A model generated the notes under the pieces. That model did not search any database and was not told the origin of the DNA. It saw only the letters and a list, made by a program, of their open reading frames with translations. A stretch of DNA of 22,901 nt from an uncultured euryarchaeote (lineage in GTDB: Archaea; Thermoplasmatota; Poseidoniia; Poseidoniales; Poseidoniaceae): the NCBI GenBank assembly GCA_937899865.1, contig CALBRH010000014.1:1-22901 (forward strand). The letters are read 5' to 3'. A program made the position numbers and the translations under genes. Positions within the stretch are counted from its first letter, which is position 1. Each line of letters starts with the position of its first letter. This document shows, piece by piece, positions 1 to 7,207 of the stretch.

Positions 1-2
1 TG

Positions 3-275
3 GCTTTCCCATTCGCATCTGCATTAGTTGCAGAAGGTCTTGATCGCTCAAGAAACTCTGGAGTTGCAGATATCAAGGCACAACTTATCTGCTGGACATT
101 AGCTATGATTCCAGTTTATGTTGTTGGCACACTTTGGCTAGCAGAATCTTACTCTGTCGACTTAGCGCAAGCCTTTGAGTGGGGCGTTGAACCATTCCTA
201 GTATGGGATTTTGCTAAAATAGTCATTATGGCAATTGTTACTACTAAATTATGGTCTTATTCTCAACCAGAATAA
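3..275 (+). CDS. bioY: BioY-family biotin transporter, C-terminal part (5' truncated by window edge)
   Basis: Manual translation of frame +3: AFPFASALVAEG...IPVYVVGTLWLAESY...AFEWGVEPFLVWDFAKIVIMAIV...QPE*, stop TAA at 273-275. The Y..G..WL and G..PF...D..K pattern matches the BioY C-terminal helices. Confidence 0.75.
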   Translation, partial: AFPFASALVAEGLDRSRNSGVADIKAQLICWTLAMIPVYVVGTLWLAESYSVDLAQAFEWGVEPFLVWDFAKIVIMAIVTTKLWSYSQPE

Positions 276-340
276 TACCTGTAGATCTCTTATCCATAAT
301 GACGAATATAGTCATAGAGCAGATTATCTAGTAAGATTAG

Positions 341-390
341 TGATATATTTATGATATCATATCAATACTATTATAATAGTATTAGATATC
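341..390 (+). promoter_or_regulatory. TATA-like box with overlapping palindromes (candidate promoter/operator of the SPFH operon)
   Basis: TGATATATTT at 341-350; perfect palindrome ATGATATCAT at 351-360; TGATAT-C-ATATCA at 352-364; perfect 20-bp palindrome AATACTATTATAATAGTATT at 364-383; SD-like GGAG at 400-403. Confidence 0.55.
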
Positions 391-408
391 GGGTAATCAG
401 GAGATACT

Positions 409-1332
409 ATGGAAGTAGCAGGAGCGCAAATAGACGAAATACAATTTAGAGATGTAGAAATAAAATCACTCAGTGGGTGGCTAGGACTATTTATTCATTT
501 ATTAGTCGTACCAGTAATATTTCTCGGCTGTTTTATTCTTTACGCCTTAGGCGGATTGGGGGCTGCACTTGGTGGATTATTACAACTTATCATTGCGATA
601 CTTTGGTTTGTAATGTGGAATTCATATGTGGTGATTAATCCAAATGAATCTGCTGTATGTCAATTCTTTGGTAAATATGTTGGTTCAGTGAAAACCGAAG
701 GATTCCGCTGGTTTGTTAATCCACTATACGAGAAAACCAAGGTTATCTTTAGGATAAGAAATTTTGAGTCGGCAAAATTGAAAGTTAACGATGTCAATGC
801 AAACCCAATTGATATTGCTGCAGTGGTTGTATGGCGAGTATTTGATGCAGCTGAAGCATTATTCGAAGTTGATGATTACGAAAACTATGTTCAAATTCAA
901 AGTGAAGCAGCACTTAGAGCAATGGCTACCAAGTACCCATATGACATAATTGAAGAGAAGGATTTGGGAGGAGTGGCCCTTTCAAGCCATCAAGAAGTAG
1001 TTGCTACAGAACTTAGAGAATCAGTTCAAGCAAGGCTAAGCCGAGCAGGAATAGAAGTTTTGGAAGCAAGAATCAGCCATTTAGCCTATGCTCCAGAAGT
1101 TGCTCAAGCTATGCTAAGAAGACAGCAAGCAAGTGCAGTTGTTGCAGCACGAAGAGAGATAGTCGACGGTGCAGTTGGAATGGTCGAACTTGCTCTAGCA
1201 CAGTTAAGTGCCAAAGACATCATAGAATTGGATGAAGATAAGAAAGCAACGATGGTCAGTAATTTGTTGGTGGTACTATGCTCGGAAACAGATACTACGC
1301 CAGTAGTAAATACTGGTTCGCTATATCAGTGA
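409..1332 (+). CDS. SPFH/Band 7 (stomatin/prohibitin-like) membrane protein
   Basis: Two N-terminal TM helices, then LKVNDVNANPIDIAAVVVWRV, and the conserved tail LRRQQASAVVAARREIVDGAVGMV...KKATMVSNLLVVLCS of the widespread bacterial SPFH subfamily. Confidence 0.93.
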   Translation: MEVAGAQIDEIQFRDVEIKSLSGWLGLFIHLLVVPVIFLGCFILYALGGLGAALGGLLQLIIAILWFVMWNSYVVINPNESAVCQFFGKYVGSVKTEGFRWFVNPLYEKTKVIFRIRNFESAKLKVNDVNANPIDIAAVVVWRVFDAAEALFEVDDYENYVQIQSEAALRAMATKYPYDIIEEKDLGGVALSSHQEVVATELRESVQARLSRAGIEVLEARISHLAYAPEVAQAMLRRQQASAVVAARREIVDGAVGMVELALAQLSAKDIIELDEDKKATMVSNLLVVLCSETDTTPVVNTGSLYQ

Positions 1333-1341
1333 GGTGAAAAA

Positions 1342-1575
1342 ATGAATGCTTCACTATTTTGGTCGCTTTTTGGCAACATCATTGGATTAGTATTTTGCGC
1401 AGGATATGCTGCATACATCTTTGTTAGACAAGGAGTTCACGTAAGAGGACAAGGTTGGAAAACCAAGCAAGAGGCGCCAAAGTCATTCTACTTCACTATT
1501 GGAATATTGGTTCTTGTTTCTATCATTTCTCTAGGGTCTATCATCTTTAGATTATACACGCATTACAATGTCTGA
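1342..1575 (+). CDS. Small two-TM membrane protein, unknown function
   Basis: 77 aa, two hydrophobic helices, SD GAGGTGA at 1331-1337, directly behind the SPFH gene. Confidence 0.8.
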   Translation: MNASLFWSLFGNIIGLVFCAGYAAYIFVRQGVHVRGQGWKTKQEAPKSFYFTIGILVLVSIISLGSIIFRLYTHYNV

Positions 1576-1622
1576 ACAGCAAAAAGTAATTATTTTACTG
1601 ATTATTAACAGGAGGAATAGAG

Positions 1623-1775
1623 ATGAAGAAGAAATTACTACTTCGAATCGATCCTAAATTGCATAATCAATTACGACAGTGGGCTGATGATGAATTTCGT
1701 TCGATTAATGCTCAAATAGAGTTTTTATTGAAAAAAGCTGTAGCACAACACAGGAGGGATTCAAATGAACCCTGA
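1623..1775 (+). CDS. Arc-like ribbon-helix-helix DNA-binding protein (50 aa, not in the ORF track)
   Basis: MKKKLLLRIDPKLHNQLRQWADDEFRSINAQIEFLLKKAVAQHRRDSNEP*. Beta-strand LLLRID, then the L...A....RS.N.QI..LL helix pattern of Arc/RHH proteins. SD GGAGG at 1611-1615; overlaps the next start by 11 bp. Confidence 0.9.
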   Translation: MKKKLLLRIDPKLHNQLRQWADDEFRSINAQIEFLLKKAVAQHRRDSNEP

Positions 1776-2151
1776 TCAAGGCAATAATTTTTGGAAAGAA
1801 ACCGAATCACAAGGAACTATGCCTCTAGCAGATAATGTAATCAGTGGCGAGGTTCAACCAACACAAGAAATACCCCTAGGGGCATCTCATTTTGCTATGT
1901 TTCCCCAAACCAACGCTATATTGGCCTTAGTCTTAGCCATCGCTTCCTTTGCCTGTGGTGGTTTAATAATGTCAATACCGGCATTACTTGTTGCGATTTC
2001 TGCTAAGAAAATAACTGATAACAACCCTACTCATCCAGATCGAGGTATTGCTAATGCAGCATATATTACTGCCATCGTCAATATCTGTATTTCTACACTA
2101 CTTATATTGGCTTATACAGGGGTAATAATATATTATTACACTGCCAGTTAA
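1765..2151 (+). CDS. DUF4190-like two-TM membrane protein
   Basis: TNAILALVLAIASFACGGLIMSIPALLVAISAKKI...RGIANAAYITAIV matches the DUF4190 pattern; polar N-terminus; SD AGGAGG upstream. Confidence 0.7.
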   Translation: MNPDQGNNFWKETESQGTMPLADNVISGEVQPTQEIPLGASHFAMFPQTNAILALVLAIASFACGGLIMSIPALLVAISAKKITDNNPTHPDRGIANAAYITAIVNICISTLLILAYTGVIIYYYTAS

Positions 2152-3089
2152 TCTCTTTTTGAGATGAAAGCAGCAGCACCAATAAGTGCTGCAATTGAGG
2201 CCGTAGCAATAAATCCAGGAGTTGATTCAGATTCACCTCTATTTGACTCTGCTTTGTTAGCGTCAATACCAGTACCAACGATCACTTCGCCCTTCATTCC
2301 CATTGTGATATGAGGTTCACAAGCGTAGTAGAAGGTAGTATTCTCAGTAAATGTGTAGGAGAAGTCAACAGTTTCCTCAGCAGCACCGGAATATACGCCG
2401 CCAGCCAACCTTTCGTTACTACCGATCTCGGCAATTTCTGCGACATTGTGTGGCATATCTGATTCAGTCCACTTCCAACATACTGTGTCTCCAACATTGA
2501 TATTTACAGAATCCTTGTCGTAAGCATAACCTGAATCGTCTATGCCGATTGTTACATCACAATCATCAGTAATCTCTTCACTCACAGGCTCTTCAGCAGG
2601 TGGAATTAGTATTTTGTCGATAACATGAATGATTCCGTTACTTGCTTCAACATCCGCTGTAGTAACGGCTGCATCTCCAACAGATACATTTTCTCCATCA
2701 ACAGCAAAAACCAGAGAATCGCCATTTGCAGCATCAGCAGTCATGCCGTCTGTTACATCAGATGCTTCAACCGCAGCACCAGATATGACGTGATAGAGTA
2801 AAATGTTTCTAAGAGTTTCATTTTCAGAATCAGTGTCATAATCATCCAAATTTACCCCAGCGTCTTCAAATGCTTGATCGGTTGGGGCAAATACAGTAAA
2901 AGGACCATCGCCAATCAATGTCTGGTCAAGTCCAACATGGGTTAAAGCAGCAACTAAAACATCGTGAGAACCAGTTCCGTTGGCGACCTCTACGATATTT
3001 TGCTGTTCGTCTTCATTCTGTGCTTGAACTACTGATAGTGCTTGTAAAAGAAAAATCAATGCTAAACTGTAGGTTAAAAATTTGCTCAT
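2148..3089 (-). CDS. Surface protein: signal peptide + fasciclin (FAS1) + type-1 blue-copper (plastocyanin/halocyanin-like) domain + PGF-CTERM
   Basis: FAS1 motifs GPFTVFAPTDQAF, ILLYHV, ASNGIIHVIDKIL. Cu ligands PHNV and YACEPHITMGMKG (H,C,H,M). C-terminal TPGF + hydrophobic helix + KRD. Confidence 0.92.
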   Translation of the reverse strand: MSKFLTYSLALIFLLQALSVVQAQNEDEQQNIVEVANGTGSHDVLVAALTHVGLDQTLIGDGPFTVFAPTDQAFEDAGVNLDDYDTDSENETLRNILLYHVISGAAVEASDVTDGMTADAANGDSLVFAVDGENVSVGDAAVTTADVEASNGIIHVIDKILIPPAEEPVSEEITDDCDVTIGIDDSGYAYDKDSVNINVGDTVCWKWTESDMPHNVAEIAEIGSNERLAGGVYSGAAEETVDFSYTFTENTTFYYACEPHITMGMKGEVIVGTGIDANKAESNRGESESTPGFIATASIAALIGAAAFISKRD

Positions 3090-3110
3090 GCCGACAACTT
3101 AATTGGCACT

Positions 3111-3122
3111 CTTATAAACCAC
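3111..3122 (-). promoter_or_regulatory. TATA box of the fasciclin/cupredoxin gene (probably leaderless transcript)
   Basis: Minus-strand GGTTTATAAG, starting about 25 bp upstream of the ATG at 3089. The same GGTTTAT motif lies at nearly the same distance upstream of the gene starting at 16545. Confidence 0.55.
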
Positions 3123-3130
3123 TGTAAATC

Positions 3131-3610
3131 TCACAATCTATCTTCTTTGTTAATGAAAAATCTAAGTCGGTCTGCCATTCCGTATAATGATTCTACCACT
3201 CGAGTTTCTGGTTTTAGATTTTTCAATAAAACCGTTCTAGTTTCTTGCTCAACTAACATGTCAAAACTTTGCATAAGGTTAGCAATTTTTCTTTGTAATC
3301 TACCTCCGGTTCTATCCCAATCCATCAGCAAACATACTGATGGGCCACCAGCATCTTCATTCCTGGTGCCATAAGTTTCGTACCAATGAGCGACAACTCG
3401 TTCAATTGTCCAACCGCGATTTAAAACTTCGATCGGTCCAGTGAAACCCAAAGCAACCAATGCACGGCGATCTCTAGGTCCTTCAACAATAATTGGCCAG
3501 TTATACAATCGATTTTTTCTTCGTGCTTCACCTATAGCTTGTCCAGCATTACCAAAGCGTAACTCATAGTTTCCAAGTCCGCTTCCATCATTACGATTTT
3601 GACCAGACAT
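3131..3610 (-). CDS. Small stand-alone TOPRIM-domain protein
   Basis: IIVEGPRDRRALVALG (TOPRIM Glu motif) and LLMDWDRTG (DxD motif). Confidence 0.85.
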   Translation of the reverse strand: MSGQNRNDGSGLGNYELRFGNAGQAIGEARRKNRLYNWPIIVEGPRDRRALVALGFTGPIEVLNRGWTIERVVAHWYETYGTRNEDAGGPSVCLLMDWDRTGGRLQRKIANLMQSFDMLVEQETRTVLLKNLKPETRVVESLYGMADRLRFFINKEDRL

Positions 3611-3896
3611 AATATCACTCTAAATTGTGTTTAATGGCGCTTTTAATCAGTTTTCACCAAGTAAAGTGGTTTGCAAACAGTCGGTGAATCTCACAATTTC
3701 CGCTAGAATTAGGTACTCAATAAACTGTATGAAATTCAAGACTTGGCGATTTGACAAAATGAAAACCAATATTGATATTGGTTGGCTTAAAGTGAGGTAC
3801 TGAAAGCCATTAAATAATGTCATAAAACATTTTGGCAACGGTATCTTTTGGCAACCCTTAAGGGCTACTAGAGGGGCGGTCAAACAGGTCAAGTCT

Positions 3897-4877
3897 ATGG
3901 TGGCAGACGATACCGTTTTTTCTGTACTTTACGATAAGTTTCTTTTTTGGAGCATTGTCGTAGGTATAATCACCTTTGCGTGGTTATTCTATGCAATGAT
4001 TAGATACCGAGCAAGCATCGTTCCAGACACTACAGATGTGGACCACATAGTGGTTGGTTCATTTCCCGTAGATAGACACAATACCAAAGTCGAAGTTTTA
4101 TTCTATGTGTTACCTACAATACTTGTCGTTTGGTTAGTTGTTCTTGCCCTTGCATCAAATACAGCTGTTTGGGTAATACCAGATGATGAAGAATCATTCG
4201 ACATCGAAGTAATTGGACAACAGTGGTTTTGGGAATTTGAATACAAGGACGAATTAACTTGGCAAGATGATTCTAGAGTTTCCGGCATAGATGTTACTTG
4301 GAGCGATAGTAATCTTACAATACAGCATTCGTCAAATATAGATGCAACCAATGTTACAGTCACTGTTGATGGCGATTCTAATACCTATGCACTCAACACA
4401 ATTCTTGGCTCGACCTTGATTGATTCGCAATTCAAGAAATTTTCAGCTTCTTCGGTTTCAATAGAAGATTCTGAAGGCAACGAACTTCATCGTTGGGGAC
4501 ATATCCCAATCAACCACAAACTTTCCACTGCCGCAGGTGATCATTTAGTTGTCCCATGTGATGATGAAGTAGTGCTAAACTTGTTCTCTCACACGTCTGA
4601 TTATAGTGAGTTAAACAGCACCTATTGGGGTGTTCAACACTCTTTTTGGCTACCTGAATGGGGCGTTAAAGAAGATTTAGTTCCAGGTCTTGAAGGAGGT
4701 ACTCTGATGTGGTTTATGGCAGATGACCCAGGAACGTTTAACATTCGCTGTGCAGAATACTGTGGATTAGACCACTCCAAGATGATTGGCTATGTAGATG
4801 TAGTTTCACCAATCGAAAACGGTATTGATTACTGCGATGTAGATACTGGCGTCAAGAAACAAGGGGGTTCTAATTGA
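3897..4877 (+). CDS. coxB: Heme-copper (cytochrome c) oxidase subunit II with CuA site and an internal insertion
   Basis: Two TM helices, GQQWFWEFEY, VQHSFW, KEDLVPG, CuA motif CAEYCGLDHSKM. Confidence 0.95.
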   Translation: MVADDTVFSVLYDKFLFWSIVVGIITFAWLFYAMIRYRASIVPDTTDVDHIVVGSFPVDRHNTKVEVLFYVLPTILVVWLVVLALASNTAVWVIPDDEESFDIEVIGQQWFWEFEYKDELTWQDDSRVSGIDVTWSDSNLTIQHSSNIDATNVTVTVDGDSNTYALNTILGSTLIDSQFKKFSASSVSIEDSEGNELHRWGHIPINHKLSTAAGDHLVVPCDDEVVLNLFSHTSDYSELNSTYWGVQHSFWLPEWGVKEDLVPGLEGGTLMWFMADDPGTFNIRCAEYCGLDHSKMIGYVDVVSPIENGIDYCDVDTGVKKQGGSN

Positions 4878-7207
4878 TGCGTACTAGAACCATAGCCTTA
4901 CTTTCCATAGTACTGCTTTCTTTAGTTATGGTTCCACAATTTGATGCCGCACCAGGCGGAATCGGTTCAGCAGGCGACAATGGTTGTTCATGTCACGGAG
5001 GACCATCTTCGGATACTATTGTATCAGTTACTGGTTTGCCAGAGACTTACAATTCCAGCGAAACATATACCTTTACTGTGACTGTAACAAATGATGTAAT
5101 GTCGCTGTATAATGATGGTAGCACCGAGGGGGCAGATCCATGGAACGAGCGATATGGTGGTTTCAGAATTTTAGCATCAAAGGGAACCGTTACTTCGGTA
5201 GACCCAACTTTGGCTCAGGAAATGGATGGCGGACTAACCCACACAAATGAAGGCAATGCGTTCAGAACATGGGATTTTGAATGGACTGCGCCAGCAGATG
5301 ATTCCAAATTTGTAGATTTCAAAATTTATGGTAATGCAGTAAATGGTGGCGATGGATTCAATGGAGATATGTGGAACAGTTTTGAGACCACAATAGCAGG
5401 TATTTCAGCTGGTGAAATGGCGCCAAGTGTTAGAGCACTGGTTCTGCTACTAACTGCAGTCGGATTAGCATTAGGACTAATTCTTCTTGGAGTAATGTGG
5501 GTTTACTATTCAAGGTCGCCAGAATCTTTCAGCATCTACAACTTCTGGAGTTACCTCAAACCTTGGTTGACTACTACAGATCACAAAGAAGTAGGTATCA
5601 TGTATTTCTTGTATGGTTTCTTCTTCTTCTTAGTTGGTGGATTCTTAGCATTATTGTTTAGGATACAACTGGCAATACCAGAGAATACTTTCCTTACTGA
5701 AACTGAATACAACTCATTCTTTACATTGCACGGAACAACCATGATTTTCCTTGCGGCTATGCCAATGATTGCTGGATTCATGAACTACGTCTTGCCTCTA
5801 CAAATTGGCGCTAAAGATTTGGCATTCCCAAGAATTAACGCAATGGGGCTTTGGTTGTTGGTCTTCTCTAGTCCACTAATCTACACAGGTATTTGGTCTG
5901 GTGAGGCTGCTGATATTACTTGGGTTATGTATCCACCTTATTCCTCTTTAACTGAAGCCAACCTTGGAGAGGGGTTGTCTCAGTACGGCTCTAATTTAGG
6001 TACTACTGCATTCATATCTGGTATGTTCATGCTTGGTGCATCATCAACACTTGGTGGAGTGAACTTCATTACCACAGTATTCACTATGCGTGCACCTGGT
6101 GTAACATGGATGAAAATGCCACTATTCTCTTGGTCAGTATTCGTTAGCGTTTTCATGTTGTATATGTCATTACCAGCATTGGTAATCGGCCTTGTATTCT
6201 TATTGTTTGACCATACGATAGGCACGGTATTCTTTACCAGTGGTGGCGATAGCCTATTGTTCCAGCATTTGTTTTGGTTCTTCGGACATCCTGAGGTATA
6301 TGTTGTTATCATTCCATCCTTTGGTATTGTTTCTGAGGTACTAGCTACCAGTGCAAGACGATCTATTTTCGGTTACAAATCCATGGTATTCGCAATGGCT
6401 GGTATCGGTGTTGTCGGATTTATTGTGTGGGGTCACCACATGCTAACATCTGGTATGGACGCATTTTGGCGTGCTGCTTTCATGATTACAACTATGGCTG
6501 TAGCGATTCCAACCGGTGCTAAGATATTCAATTGGTTGGCGACTATTTGGGGCGGAAGCCTTGTCATGAAAACTCACACCTTGTGGGCGTTAGGTTTCTT
6601 GGTAACCTTTACACTTGGAGGAATCTCTGGAATGTTCTTCCCAGTAGCTGGTCTTGACATACACTTCCATGACTCATATTTCGTAGTAGCTCACTTCCAT
6701 TATGTGTTTATTGGCGGTACTGTCTTTGGATTGTTATCTGGAGTCTATTATTGGTATCCAAAGGTCACAGGACGTAAACTCAATGAAACACTTGGTTTGT
6801 GGCACTTCCTAATTGGTTTCTCATCTTACAATGCAGCATTTTGGCCAATGCATAAACTTGGAATTATGGGGATGCCAAGAAGAACACATTCTTATCTTGA
6901 GGAAACAGGCTTTGCTGAGTACAATATGGCAGTCAGTATCTTCGCATTCATCTTTGGCATAAGCCAATTATTACTCGTCTGGAATATCTTTTCATCTGGC
7001 CGAAATGGTGAACCTGTTGGAAAGGATCCATGGGGTGGATGGTCACTTGAATGGTCGACATCATCACCGCCACCAACACCATCATTCCACGATATTCCGA
7101 CTCAAGGTGACATGAACGAATTGTATGGTCATCACCATGATAGTGGCGATAAGAAATCTGTGGCGGAGAAATTATGGAAAGCCAAACCAAAGGGGGCTGA
7201 AGAATGA
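4877..7207 (+). CDS. coxA: A1-type heme-copper oxidase subunit I with an N-terminal signal peptide + Reeler-like domain fusion
   Basis: Core motifs TTDHK, TLHG, D-channel DLAFPRIN, FWFFGHPEVY (A1 type), WGHHM, K-channel IPTGAK, HFHY, GMPRR. The ATG at 4877 overlaps the coxII stop (TGATG); the track starts one codon earlier at TTG 4874. About 230 extra N-terminal residues. Confidence 0.96.
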   Translation: MRTRTIALLSIVLLSLVMVPQFDAAPGGIGSAGDNGCSCHGGPSSDTIVSVTGLPETYNSSETYTFTVTVTNDVMSLYNDGSTEGADPWNERYGGFRILASKGTVTSVDPTLAQEMDGGLTHTNEGNAFRTWDFEWTAPADDSKFVDFKIYGNAVNGGDGFNGDMWNSFETTIAGISAGEMAPSVRALVLLLTAVGLALGLILLGVMWVYYSRSPESFSIYNFWSYLKPWLTTTDHKEVGIMYFLYGFFFFLVGGFLALLFRIQLAIPENTFLTETEYNSFFTLHGTTMIFLAAMPMIAGFMNYVLPLQIGAKDLAFPRINAMGLWLLVFSSPLIYTGIWSGEAADITWVMYPPYSSLTEANLGEGLSQYGSNLGTTAFISGMFMLGASSTLGGVNFITTVFTMRAPGVTWMKMPLFSWSVFVSVFMLYMSLPALVIGLVFLLFDHTIGTVFFTSGGDSLLFQHLFWFFGHPEVYVVIIPSFGIVSEVLATSARRSIFGYKSMVFAMAGIGVVGFIVWGHHMLTSGMDAFWRAAFMITTMAVAIPTGAKIFNWLATIWGGSLVMKTHTLWALGFLVTFTLGGISGMFFPVAGLDIHFHDSYFVVAHFHYVFIGGTVFGLLSGVYYWYPKVTGRKLNETLGLWHFLIGFSSYNAAFWPMHKLGIMGMPRRTHSYLEETGFAEYNMAVSIFAFIFGISQLLLVWNIFSSGRNGEPVGKDPWGGWSLEWSTSSPPPTPSFHDIPTQGDMNELYGHHHDSGDKKSVAEKLWKAKPKGAEE

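Noticed and set aside
3647-3892. 81-aa minus-strand ORF between the TOPRIM gene and coxII
   Set aside because: No motif, and it covers the putative divergent promoter region; most likely spurious.
4985-4996. c-type heme site making CoxI a cytochrome c fusion
   Set aside because: The motif is CSCH (CxCH), not CxxCH; kept only as an unresolved candidate ligand site.
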